From a virus: DNA of 64,000 bases. Shown here in pieces: positions 48,567-58,160 of the stretch. Position 1 is the first letter of the stretch, and each line of letters opens with the position of its first letter. The translations under genes were made by a program, and so were the position numbers. The stretch lies in IMG/VR virus record IMGVR_UViG_3300050821_003663, positions 39,678 to 103,677 of that record; one strand, written 5' to 3'. Below the pieces are notes generated by a model, which saw only the letters and a program-made list of their open reading frames with translations, was not told the DNA's origin and made no database searches.

Positions 48567-48831
48567 CCGCCGGATGACAAAGAAGTACCTCCTCACTGTC
48601 TTGATGGAAGAAGGCGGCGAAGTTGTTCAGGCGGCCGCGAAGTGCCAGCGATTCGGCTGGTCGCGCCATGAGCCGGGGTACGGCGTCAACCATGAAGTTT
48701 TGGCGAAGGAGATCGGGGATCTGCTGGGAGTTGCCGATGCGCTCGGGCTCGACCGCACCCTGGTAAGGCGCAACAGGGCTTCAAAGATGGAGCGAGTGTA
48801 TAAAGCCGCGAAAGAGAGGAATAAACGCTAA
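48559..48831 (+). CDS. MazG-like NTP pyrophosphohydrolase
   Basis: LMEEGGEVVQA..K..RFG...LAKEIGDL. Confidence 0.75.
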   Translation: MVSRRMTKKYLLTVLMEEGGEVVQAAAKCQRFGWSRHEPGYGVNHEVLAKEIGDLLGVADALGLDRTLVRRNRASKMERVYKAAKERNKR

Positions 48832-49649
48832 TGGCGAGACTCAACGATTTGTCACACGGGAAGCTAGACGCTCCCAAGCTGGACCCACGGGACATCATCA
48901 TCCGCAAGGGGTTCAATTACCGCGACACCACCAGTCCGGAAGCTATTGCACATATGCATTGGCTGAAGGACTCAATCAAAGAGGTTGGCGTCCAGAAGCC
49001 GCTGCAGGTGGAGTACGACGACGGCAAGGTGTACCTGGTTGACGGGGAATGCCGTCTGCTGGCCGCCAGGCAGCTCTGGAAGGAGGGTATCGAGGTGTAC
49101 GTCCCGGTGATGCAGATTCGCGGGGACGAGGCGGAGATCCGCGCCAAGAGCATGATCGCCAACGGCGCCCTACCGCCAACAATGATTGAGTTCGGCAAGG
49201 CGGCCGCTCAGCTCCGCGACTGGGGCTGGAGTGAGGGGAGGATCTCCCAGTTCACCCCACCGCACGTCAGGGCGACCAAGAAGGCCGGCCAATACGTCAG
49301 GGATGCCCTAGAACTCAACGATGCGCCCCTGGACGTGAAACAGGCTGTCCGGGAGGGTATCGACGGCGTGAAGATCACGCCAGCGCTTGCAGTGGCCGTT
49401 TCCAAGGGCAACCGGATCAACGCCGGGGAGATCTTGCGGAATGAGGCTGCCAAGGCGAAGGCCAAGGGCAAGAAGGTAGCTCACCGGCCGAAGGGCGAGG
49501 GGAAGGCGACAAAGGCTGCAAAGGCTGCCGTTGCTAAGACGGTGGATCTGATGGAGATTGGCGACAGAATGGCGAGCAACGTTCTGGCCAACACCTCGTA
49601 TCCGGCGATTTGCCAACTGGCCCGCCAGTGGCAGAAGGCGAGGGGATAA
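48831..49649 (+). CDS. ParB-like protein (ParB N-domain plus HTH)
   Basis: GFNYR...LKDSIKEVGVQKPL...LVDGECRLLAA; GWSEGRIS...QYVRDAL HTH-like segment. Confidence 0.8.
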   Translation: MARLNDLSHGKLDAPKLDPRDIIIRKGFNYRDTTSPEAIAHMHWLKDSIKEVGVQKPLQVEYDDGKVYLVDGECRLLAARQLWKEGIEVYVPVMQIRGDEAEIRAKSMIANGALPPTMIEFGKAAAQLRDWGWSEGRISQFTPPHVRATKKAGQYVRDALELNDAPLDVKQAVREGIDGVKITPALAVAVSKGNRINAGEILRNEAAKAKAKGKKVAHRPKGEGKATKAAKAAVAKTVDLMEIGDRMASNVLANTSYPAICQLARQWQKARG

Positions 49650-49654
49650 ATCAA

Positions 49655-49975
49655 ATGAGAGTGATAGCCCACACCCCAGACGGGGTACTACTCAGCGCAA
49701 CGCACACCGAGATCAATCAGCTTGCGGGTAGGGACCTAAGCCATTGGATCGCGTACCCGAAGAGCGAGTGGAAAGCGCCCCTCGTCGGTACGACGTTCGA
49801 TGTGGACGCCGCGTTCAAGCAGATCCACCGCAATGCCCAGCGCGTCAAGGACATCGAGAATATAAAGACCAACCTTCAGGGCGTCATTGCCCATCTTGAG
49901 CTCGTCAACCCCTTCCTGCAGGAGCCCCCTGTTCAAGCGTCCGGTGAGGATGTACAAACCACACATGAGCCCTAA
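49655..49975 (+). CDS. hypothetical protein
   Basis: ATG after GAGGGG. Confidence 0.5.
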   Translation: MRVIAHTPDGVLLSATHTEINQLAGRDLSHWIAYPKSEWKAPLVGTTFDVDAAFKQIHRNAQRVKDIENIKTNLQGVIAHLELVNPFLQEPPVQASGEDVQTTHEP

Positions 49976-50275
49976 GCTAGCCACTATCGCCGCACTCTTC
50001 CTACTCACATCACTCCCCGGACGCGAACATGCGCCATGTCCGAAGGTTCGCGCTATTGAGCTTGGCCAGGACACTTGGCGGATCCATCTGGAGTGTCCTC
50101 CGGGCTGGCAGGGGTTTGCCGTGTGGCACACCACCGGCGGTTGGAGCGTAGCGCGGCAAATGGCTGGCTACATCGAGGACGCTGCAAAGGGTGTCTGCGA
50201 GAGGCCGGGAACGAAGCATCCGGAGTACGACAACCTCCAAGACGACGGCCCGGAACTCCATCCAAGAGGTGTTTT

Positions 50276-50815
50276 ATGAATCGGTTAGCCATCGCCGTCT
50301 GCGGTATCAGCATTTGCCTTGGTGCGGAGGTACTCACCCATGATGGCCCCCGCTGTCTTGTGCTGGTGAAGAAGGCCGCGAGTCACCACCACAGCGCGGA
50401 GACACTCCGCAAGTGGAAGGAGTGGGGGAAGGCTCATCCGAACTGGAAGCCGAAGAGGACCACCGAAGAGACTCTAGCCGCCTTCGACGTGGCCTGTGGA
50501 CCGCTGGAGACGGTAGGCCAGACGCTAACCGAGCTACTTCCGGAGGAGCCGGAGTGGGGAATTGGGACCGGGATGGACATGGACGATGTTTCCACGATGC
50601 CTCCCGGCGGCCTAGATTTGACCCAGGTGGCGTCGATACCCACGGAGGAGCCTAGCGGCTACCCTCTCGGCTTCGTCGGCTTCCTGCCCGTGATTCCGCC
50701 AACGGCCGCCCCATTGCCGCCGGCGCCCGTACCCGAGCCAGCAACCATCTGGCTTGTTGGCGGGGGGATCGCATTGATTTTGCAAAGGAGCCAAATCAAA
50801 ATGAAAGGAGGATAA
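50276..50815 (+). CDS. PEP-CTERM sorting-domain protein
   Basis: N-terminal hydrophobic signal; C-terminal VPEPATIWLVGGGIALIL plus basic tail. Confidence 0.75.
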   Translation: MNRLAIAVCGISICLGAEVLTHDGPRCLVLVKKAASHHHSAETLRKWKEWGKAHPNWKPKRTTEETLAAFDVACGPLETVGQTLTELLPEEPEWGIGTGMDMDDVSTMPPGGLDLTQVASIPTEEPSGYPLGFVGFLPVIPPTAAPLPPAPVPEPATIWLVGGGIALILQRSQIKMKGG

Positions 50816-51252
50816 ACCAATGGACCCATCACCCGCAGGCGTAGGCGCAACAGCGGCATCGTTCGCGAACTGGCTGTTCTCTTTACAGTTCGGCTGGTAA
50901 ATCACAAAACGGAAAGGAATTACGACTATGAACACTCCATCGAAAGATCCTAGTGCCCTTTGGTCTATCGGCGTAGCCTTGCTGATAGCGAGCGCTCAGA
51001 GTTTCACGGTCTGGTGCATCGTAAAATTCGGGGGATATTGAGGAGAATCCATGTGGATTATCGCGATTTTGCCAGCAATCTACGTGGCCGTGTTCATGCC
51101 GTGCATGTACTTCCTGAAAAAATGGGTTGACCGCAGGATTGAGCGTGCCTTTGCTCAAGCAGGAATAGTTCAGATGCGTGCTCTCGACCAAGGGCCAAAA
51201 GCCGAGAGCATCAATGTGAACTAGGGAGAAGAGACAAGGGGAGCAGAGCAAG

Positions 51253-51885
51253 ATGGAGATGAAGATGGCTACAGAGAAAGCGTGCGATAGGCATTGTTTT
51301 CATTACAACCCGACCACCGAACAAGATGAGTGCATATTTTGTTCCGCCATCCCCGAACCCAGCCCCCCTTCCGGGGACCAACCGATGAAGCCAACAGGCG
51401 TGATGTGTCTCTGCTGTGGCTATGAGAGCTTCAAAACCGGGGGCTACTGTGATTACTGCTTCCTCGCGAAATTGCAAAACTCGAAACATCAGTGCAAGCC
51501 CAACGTTGCCTCCCCTCCTGCCCCCTCAGTGTCATCCGATGTGCAGGCGATTATCGACAGAGTGAAGGCTGCTGGGGAAAAGGATGTTGAGTCTGGGTAC
51601 GCGGGTTACTGGGTTCGAAGGGAAATATCGGCTAAGGATGTTCTGACGCTCATCGCGGCTATCGAAACACCCCCAGCGGCACCCTCAGTCACGCCAACAG
51701 GCCAGACTTGGGAGCATTGTTTCAAGAACTTCCACCGAAATCTGTGCGAGCGATTCGGCTACAGCCACGATGAGGTTGATTGGTTCCGCGACCAGATTTC
51801 ACTGGAGGAGTTCATCGCGGCCAAGGTGGCGGCCCCCTACGCCCCGCCTGTGGCCGATCAAGCCGGAGAGGGAGGGGACAACTAA
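51253..51885 (+). CDS. hypothetical multi-Zn-finger protein
   Basis: Several CxxC motifs joined by Pro-rich linkers. Confidence 0.55.
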   Translation: MEMKMATEKACDRHCFHYNPTTEQDECIFCSAIPEPSPPSGDQPMKPTGVMCLCCGYESFKTGGYCDYCFLAKLQNSKHQCKPNVASPPAPSVSSDVQAIIDRVKAAGEKDVESGYAGYWVRREISAKDVLTLIAAIETPPAAPSVTPTGQTWEHCFKNFHRNLCERFGYSHDEVDWFRDQISLEEFIAAKVAAPYAPPVADQAGEGGDN

Positions 51886-52077
51886 ATGGCGATTGAGACG
51901 ATTGAGGACGTTGTTGAGGAAATCATGAACGGCCTCGGAATCTATGGGGCGCATGAGGATGAGAGATGCGACCGAAGGGTATGTCGCTGTTGCGCTACCT
52001 CGTCCCTAACTACTCGGCTTCGGGCGGCATTCAATGTTGAAAAGAAACTAGCCGCCCCACAGGAAGAGAGGACATAG
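51886..52077 (+). CDS. hypothetical protein
   Basis: SD GGAGGGG; CRCC. Confidence 0.55.
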   Translation: MAIETIEDVVEEIMNGLGIYGAHEDERCDRRVCRCCATSSLTTRLRAAFNVEKKLAAPQEERT

Positions 52078-52184
52078 ATGAAGTGTAAGTGTGGGCACGG
52101 GAAGGAACACCACGAGCCAATCTGCTGTCGATGGTGGAAATGCGAATGCACGAAGTTTGCGCCGGCGCAGGAAGAGAGGAAGTC

Positions 52185-53045
52185 GTGAGCCAGCCAATGA
52201 CGGATGAAGAGGTAGTGCGGCAGAAATGGCCGGAGTCTCATGCCGCCCCTTACGCTAATCCCAATTATCCACAGTTCTACTGTATCCGAGGAACTCGTAA
52301 GGAATGGGCACTGACAATTGGCGAGGGAGCCACTCCAGAGAAAGCGTGGGCTGATGCTCGTGCTCGTATCGAAGCTGAACCAAAGGAAGAGATCCAACCC
52401 TCTCCACAAGCTGTGGTGAACACGACCGATACCACAGTTAGGCGATACATAAAGCCCTGCCAGCATGTGCGAATCGATGGCGGGTATGCTAAGTGCCGTA
52501 TCTGCGAATTCAGCGACGAACCCTCTCCATTGCCCGTATCGACCGCAGAACCCCAAATCTACAGCGGCATGGGGCCGGAAGGATCGCCCACTGAGTATAT
52601 ATCCAAAGAGGACCACAACGCCCGTGTCGCAGTGTTGATTAGCCGGCTTCTTACGGCTGAAGCTAGGCTGTCCATCATTGAACGTAACCAAGCATTGCCC
52701 GTATCGGGGGGAGAGAAGGGGCAAGAGTTGCCGCGAAAGGATGAAGTTTATGCTCTGATTGCCGAAGTTGTTCCGCCGCCTTTATGTGTTTCAGAGACTG
52801 CGGTCAGGCAACTATGGCCATTGCTGGAGGAGTTGGTTAGTTTTAGAGCCAAATCCCCGGCAGCCGGAGCGGAGACAGTACACCCACAGCATTTTCTGTA
52901 TTCATCGGCGAAGAAGGTTCTTGAGATGTTTCATGGTGGGCACAATCCCACCGAGACGCAATTAGGCAGGCTTGAGGCGGCCATCATGCAATTCGAACAC
53001 AATGTTGCCCCACCGCCCAAACCGCCCCAGAAGGAGAAGGAATGA
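52185..53045 (+). CDS. hypothetical multidomain protein
   Basis: GTG after GAGGA; start uncertain. Confidence 0.5.
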   Translation: MSQPMTDEEVVRQKWPESHAAPYANPNYPQFYCIRGTRKEWALTIGEGATPEKAWADARARIEAEPKEEIQPSPQAVVNTTDTTVRRYIKPCQHVRIDGGYAKCRICEFSDEPSPLPVSTAEPQIYSGMGPEGSPTEYISKEDHNARVAVLISRLLTAEARLSIIERNQALPVSGGEKGQELPRKDEVYALIAEVVPPPLCVSETAVRQLWPLLEELVSFRAKSPAAGAETVHPQHFLYSSAKKVLEMFHGGHNPTETQLGRLEAAIMQFEHNVAPPPKPPQKEKE

Positions 53046-53341
53046 GCACAATCGCTAATGATTATTTCCGTGTTGAAGAAGTCCTTCAGCACAGACGAGA
53101 ACAGAGTGCCAGCGTGAAGGGGAAATATTGTCCCTTCCGTGTTGAATTCCGGTATCGCGGTGGAACCAGGCACTATCAGTATTTCCCAGATATCGCGTCT
53201 GCTGAGACTGCGACAGATCATATGGCCGGATACAGCCCGATGGGGAGGGCGAGGATTGAGCGCCCACTGTCCCAAGTGGTTCAGCAACGTGGTACCCGTG
53301 GCGGGTGGTCGCGGCCCAAACCGCCAAAGGAGAAAGTGTGA
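53042..53341 (+). CDS. hypothetical protein
   Basis: ATGA coupling, SD. Confidence 0.55.
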   Translation: MSTIANDYFRVEEVLQHRREQSASVKGKYCPFRVEFRYRGGTRHYQYFPDIASAETATDHMAGYSPMGRARIERPLSQVVQQRGTRGGWSRPKPPKEKV

Positions 53342-53550
53342 CCGATAGAGGTTTTGTGTTGCAAATAATGCCGCAGGCCCGATACATGAACCTTGCGGGA
53401 CACCACTGCATTGACGACCACCACAACGACCGCTATTTGGCCTATGCAGCATCGAGTCGGGCGGCGGCATGGCGTGAAGCCAAGAAGTTCTTAGAACGCC
53501 GCATAGCTGAAGGAAAGCTGAAGGTCAAACCGCAGGAGGAACCTAAGTGA
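53338..53550 (+). CDS. hypothetical protein
   Basis: GTGA coupling, SD AGGAG. Confidence 0.5.
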   Translation: MTDRGFVLQIMPQARYMNLAGHHCIDDHHNDRYLAYAASSRAAAWREAKKFLERRIAEGKLKVKPQEEPK

Positions 53551-53972
53551 ACCGATCAATACCGCTAATCCTTCTCCTGGCACTGCTCGTCGGCTGCCGA
53601 AATGAAAAACCGGTGACGCCCGCGCAGTCTACCGCGAACGTGAAGGTGGCTATCGTTACAGAGATTTCATGCAAGGCAACCGTCCCCTGCGTCTGCGAGT
53701 ACTGGGTTAAGGGAGAGCGTCAATCCTGCGGACTGATGAAGCCTGGGGAGGTGCGCGAGATTATCAGCCCTTTCCCCTTCCAGTTCTATCCGGGGTGCGC
53801 GGACTCGCTCTCTGGTTCAGACGAGGGCTGCCCACCGTTCGGGGCGAATTACAAAGAGGGCAAGGGGTTCACTCCTGGTAACGTCATCCAGCAGACAACC
53901 AACGGCAGTTGCGGTGCGAATATCGTGGGAGCTGGCGGTTCGGTCTCAATCAACTGCGGAGGCAAAAAGTGA
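53547..53972 (+). CDS. Cys-rich lipoprotein
   Basis: Lipobox LVGC; multiple Cys. Confidence 0.7.
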   Translation: MNRSIPLILLLALLVGCRNEKPVTPAQSTANVKVAIVTEISCKATVPCVCEYWVKGERQSCGLMKPGEVREIISPFPFQFYPGCADSLSGSDEGCPPFGANYKEGKGFTPGNVIQQTTNGSCGANIVGAGGSVSINCGGKK

Positions 53973-54745
53973 AGAAATTCCTATCAAGTCCCGATGTCTG
54001 TATCATCGCCGGATTTCACATGGGGATGCTTGCCCTGGCGTTGCTTCTTGGCTGCAACAGCTTCCACCTTCCTGACGCCACGGGTCCAGCTAAGCCCGCG
54101 ATAGCACCAGATTGTGGCTGGTGTATTTACGGTGGCGCCTGCGGTTACTGCGATAGTGACATGAAGAAATGCGCGGATGGTTCCGTTGTCCTGAAAACAG
54201 GTTCTTGCCCCCTCGATGAGGATAAGCCACCGGTAGTTGATTCGAAGGGATGGGCGGAGTGGCATATTGACCCACCGCTACCGGGTGGAACGCCGATTAT
54301 CGAGTCTAAGGGTAGCCCTGCTGGCAAAGAGCTGTGGAACGAGGGCGATACCATCTCCACGGGAGGCGAGCAAACTCCGCCAGTGAAGCCATCAGAGCAG
54401 GGATTCTCCAAGGGAACCGATACTCCACCGAAGGGGTGGGCATTGCTTTTAGGTGACTATCACGAAGACCCAACCAAGCCCGCACCCGATTCCGCGAGTA
54501 TCGAGAACGAGACGCAGAAGGTGGTCATGCTCGGCTACGAAGAATACTCCCACCTTCGATCACTCCGTCAGGCCGTGGTGGATGAGGAGAAGAGGCTGGC
54601 GGTGAAGTACGGGGCAAATCCCGGTCACCAGATTTGCGATATGACCTGCGTTGCTATACAGCTTCCCGACCACTACGAGTTCCACGGGCAATTCCTGCTG
54701 ATCGACAAGGTTGCACCGGAGCAAACTAAGGGAGAACCGAAATGA
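53969..54745 (+). CDS. Cys-rich lipoprotein
   Basis: Lipobox LLGC; CGWCIYGGACGYC..CADGS..CP. Confidence 0.6.
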   Translation: MKKFLSSPDVCIIAGFHMGMLALALLLGCNSFHLPDATGPAKPAIAPDCGWCIYGGACGYCDSDMKKCADGSVVLKTGSCPLDEDKPPVVDSKGWAEWHIDPPLPGGTPIIESKGSPAGKELWNEGDTISTGGEQTPPVKPSEQGFSKGTDTPPKGWALLLGDYHEDPTKPAPDSASIENETQKVVMLGYEEYSHLRSLRQAVVDEEKRLAVKYGANPGHQICDMTCVAIQLPDHYEFHGQFLLIDKVAPEQTKGEPK

Positions 54746-54907
54746 TTAGATTGATTGCGTGGGCGGTGAGGATTGGGGTGGTTGCGATGCTGGCATGGGG
54801 GTATGCGCATGGTCGATAAGATCGCCAAGCTGGTACTGGGGGCGCTGCTGACGGTCATGGTCGTGGTGAGCGCGTGGTGTATCTACGTAGACTGGAGGTA
54901 ACGGGCG

Positions 54908-55144
54908 ATGAGTGTTGAGGATAGAGTGCGAGCGCTGGTAGCGGAGAGGGTTCCGGATCCGGCCGCTGTTACGCGGGAGAGCGATCTGGAACGCGATCTG
55001 GGTGCGATCTGGCTGGATAAGCTCGGGATCGTGATGGCGGTTGAGGATGCCTTCGGCGTCGACATCGCCGATGAAGACGTCGACGGGCTGAAAACAGTTG
55101 GTCAAATCATTGACTACGTTGAAAAAAAGCTGGTGGTGAACTAG
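54908..55144 (+). CDS. acyl carrier protein homologue lacking the phosphopantetheine Ser
   Basis: Full-length ACP-like sequence (DLGA-IW-LD..IVMAVEDAFGVDIADED...KTVGQIIDYV); SD GGAGGT. Confidence 0.8.
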   Translation: MSVEDRVRALVAERVPDPAAVTRESDLERDLGAIWLDKLGIVMAVEDAFGVDIADEDVDGLKTVGQIIDYVEKKLVVN

Positions 55145-55390
55145 TGGCGGGCGCGATAGCCAAACCGCGAGTGACGAGGATCATCCTGTCCAGGCGGAGG
55201 GTGCGATGGGTTATCTTGCATCAGGGTGGGATCGTCGGCTTCAAGAAGCAAACCCAATTCTCCTCATTCCAAACGGCTTGCTTCATCGCTGGACTGGTAA
55301 GTAATCCTCCGCTGGGGTGACCCCTTGCAAGTGCAACGATCTCGTGAGATGTTGTGAGAGTCCAAATTTTGGACTTGGAGGGTTACACAC

Positions 55391-56485
55391 ATGTCACTAT
55401 CAAACGAAGGTCGTTCTAACGCGATTGCCAAGCTGGAAGGCATCATCACCAAAGGCCGCGAGTCGGCTCTCACCGTCATCAACCACGTAATGACCAACCA
55501 ACCACAGGATGCCCTGGCTAAAGCCTCGGCACTGGGGTTTACCGCTGACCACACAGCAAAGGCTGTCCGGATGCAGTTCCCGACGGTCGACCAGCGCCAC
55601 GATGTTCGCATCCACCGCCACGCTCTCGGGCAGGTAGCACAGTTCGTCGATATGCCAATGAAGTTTGTTGACTCCCTGCAGGATGAGAAGTCGGACTGGG
55701 GACGCGAACTGCTAGCCCACAACCTCAACACGATCTTCCACGAACGCGGAGGCAAGGATCGCCGTCTGGTGCGCACCATCAACGGCGAGGTTCGCGGATT
55801 CCTGTCGGACACTTACCGCCGCCTGGACTCACGCCCCATTGTGGAAGCCTTCGCAATGGCTGTGCAAGCGAAGGGCGCCCAACCCTACGCGGGCCACGTC
55901 ACCGACACCAAGATTGCAATTCAGGCAATCTTTCCCCACGTGTTTGAGCCTGTCCCTGGCGAGATGGCAGCCTACGGCCTGAGCCTCGAAAACTCAGACT
56001 TTGGCAACGGAGCCCTGAGCGTTCGCGCATACCTCCTGCGGATCTGGTGCAATAACATGGCCCTGACCGAAGAGACGATGCGCCAAATCCACTTGGGCAA
56101 GCGTCTCGAAGACAACCTGATCTACTCGCAGCGTACGTACCAGCTCGACTCCGACACCACCGTGAGCGCGTTGAAGGACGTCATCAACCTTCAGCTCGAT
56201 CACAAGGCACTGGAGACGCGGATCGACCAGTTGAAGGTAGCGGCCGGTACGGCTGTGACCATCGAAGCCGCTCGCACACAGCTCAAGAAGGTGCTGAACA
56301 AGGGCGAGGCGGAAGAGGCGATTCGCGTGTTCGAGTCGAACGACGAGTACAACCTCCCGGCCGGCAACACGGCTTGGCGGATGTCGAACGCGATCTCCTG
56401 GATTGCGAATGCGAGCGATGTTTCGACAGAGCGAAAGCTGGAACTGAACCGCATCGCAGGCGACGTTTTACCGAAGGCAGCGTGA
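55391..56485 (+). CDS. DUF932-like phage protein
   Basis: HALGQ, LVRT...VRGFLSDTYRRLD, LENSDFG.GALSV..YLLRIWCNN. Confidence 0.65.
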   Translation: MSLSNEGRSNAIAKLEGIITKGRESALTVINHVMTNQPQDALAKASALGFTADHTAKAVRMQFPTVDQRHDVRIHRHALGQVAQFVDMPMKFVDSLQDEKSDWGRELLAHNLNTIFHERGGKDRRLVRTINGEVRGFLSDTYRRLDSRPIVEAFAMAVQAKGAQPYAGHVTDTKIAIQAIFPHVFEPVPGEMAAYGLSLENSDFGNGALSVRAYLLRIWCNNMALTEETMRQIHLGKRLEDNLIYSQRTYQLDSDTTVSALKDVINLQLDHKALETRIDQLKVAAGTAVTIEAARTQLKKVLNKGEAEEAIRVFESNDEYNLPAGNTAWRMSNAISWIANASDVSTERKLELNRIAGDVLPKAA

Positions 56486-56520
56486 CCCTCCCAAGTCTCT
56501 AAATCCTTCGGTAACAAGGA

Positions 56521-56555
56521 AGGCCCCGGCACAAACCGCTGGGGTCTTTTCTTTT
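56521..56555 (+). terminator. intrinsic terminator
   Basis: AGGCCCCGGC...GCTGGGGTCT plus T-tract. Confidence 0.75.
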
Positions 56556-56596
56556 GCCCTACGAAGTGCAACGATAGCGAGCATGGAGGGAAACGC

Positions 56597-56785
56597 ATGG
56601 CAATAGAAAAACTAACCGAAGCTGAGAGGCACGAAGCAATCGTGCAGCTCTTGTGGGAGAGCCTCAAACGCGACCCCGAGCACAAGGACCGGAGGCAGAC
56701 GGGATGGGGAACTAAGACCAAGCAGGGTTTAGTTGCCTGTCTCGACCGCATCTACCTCGCACCAATGGGAGGCGAAATCAAATGA
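56597..56785 (+). CDS. hypothetical protein
   Basis: SD GGAGGG. Confidence 0.6.
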   Translation: MAIEKLTEAERHEAIVQLLWESLKRDPEHKDRRQTGWGTKTKQGLVACLDRIYLAPMGGEIK

Positions 56786-56976
56786 CCAGCGCCGAACAGA
56801 GACGGAAATACCACGAGGGTCACTGCATGGATTGTGGCAGGGTCAAGCGGGTGACCGTGATTTTCTTTTGGGCAACGGGTATGAGGTACGTTGTCTGCGC
56901 CGAGTGCATCAAGCCATACCGAAAAGTAATCCTTGCACCTTGCACGAAGGAGTGCATCCACAACCACGCGGCCTAG
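56782..56976 (+). CDS. small Zn-finger protein
   Basis: CMDC...CAEC. Confidence 0.55.
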   Translation: MTSAEQRRKYHEGHCMDCGRVKRVTVIFFWATGMRYVVCAECIKPYRKVILAPCTKECIHNHAA

Positions 56977-56998
56977 CCGCCAAACCTGGGAGGGTTCA

Positions 56999-57793
56999 AT
57001 GTCACAACCTATTCTGAAAAACCTCGGAAGCCTCATCACCTACGAGCTCAACAACGTCGAATACGCCTTGGGCTATCTATTCGACTTCACCGGGCGTGGG
57101 GTGTACGACGCCAATTACGGCAAGGTCGAAGTCTCACCCGAGCACGCGAAGGCCCACAACACCGCGTTGGACGAGGCGCAACTTGAAGGACTAGACAAGA
57201 ACTGCGAGGTAGGACAGCGCGGGACGTTCTACTACGTCAACCGTGAAAAAGGGGTGACGACCTGGATGGGCACGGTGGTTGCCGAACCCCGCCGCGTCGA
57301 AGTCAACGGCAATTCGCTCACCTTCCGCCGGAACGGTAAGACCTACCGTGGCCGACTCCAGAAGGACGCGGATTGCTTCAACTTCAAGCGGGTGGCGATT
57401 CTGCTGGTATTCATATCGCTGGCTATGGCTGGGGGGGCTCAGGAGCTCCCCAGCGCCCCCACACCGCACAATCATCCTATCGGACGGCTGGAAGCCTCAC
57501 TTCTGGCCGCCGACGCTGCTGTGAGGCTGGGAGACGGTGTAACAACCTACCGCTTTCTGTCCGATCCATGCCGCTGCTATCACGAGATCGACCCGATAGC
57601 GCCACACAGCGCGAACGCTGCGAAGATCGCCGCGTTTCAGGTTGCGAGCTGGGGAGGCGTGGCAGTGGGCGAGCGATGGCTACGCCGGAGGGGTCACAGC
57701 CGTTTAGCCCTGGCGCTGCAGGTTGGCGACATCGCAATGGAGGGCTACTGGGTCCAGAGCAACGCACGATTGGTGCAACACGCCCCCAAGTAG
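56999..57793 (+). CDS. chimeric protein: cytoplasmic-type domain, internal signal peptide, secreted-type domain
   Basis: SD GGGAGGG; internal KRVAILLVFISLAMAGGA/QELPSAP. Confidence 0.55.
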   Translation: MSQPILKNLGSLITYELNNVEYALGYLFDFTGRGVYDANYGKVEVSPEHAKAHNTALDEAQLEGLDKNCEVGQRGTFYYVNREKGVTTWMGTVVAEPRRVEVNGNSLTFRRNGKTYRGRLQKDADCFNFKRVAILLVFISLAMAGGAQELPSAPTPHNHPIGRLEASLLAADAAVRLGDGVTTYRFLSDPCRCYHEIDPIAPHSANAAKIAAFQVASWGGVAVGERWLRRRGHSRLALALQVGDIAMEGYWVQSNARLVQHAPK

Positions 57794-57875
57794 TAACCCG
57801 TGTGGGGGATTCCCAACCGCTGTACAAAGTGCAACGATGTGTCAGTCACAAACGTGACTGAGGAGGGTTTATCAA

Positions 57876-58160
57876 ATGAGCAGATTCGACACGGTTGGAA
57901 AGGCAGCAACGAAGGTAGACAAAGACGGCGACCGCATTCGGGTCACCTACCATTCGACGACGGTAGTCGATGTAAATGCAAAGACGATCCGCTTAAACAC
58001 TGGGGGATATTTCACCAACACCACCAAGGTTCGTATGAACCAAGCCTCCAAGCAGTTTAGCCTTGGATTCCGCGTCTACTCGATGAACTGGAGCTGGTTC
58101 GTTGACTACAAGGGGAAGACTATCAATTTTGAAGGTAATGTCTTAGAACTCCGGCGCTAA
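57876..58160 (+). CDS. hypothetical protein
   Basis: SD GGAGGG. Confidence 0.65.
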   Translation: MSRFDTVGKAATKVDKDGDRIRVTYHSTTVVDVNAKTIRLNTGGYFTNTTKVRMNQASKQFSLGFRVYSMNWSWFVDYKGKTINFEGNVLELRR

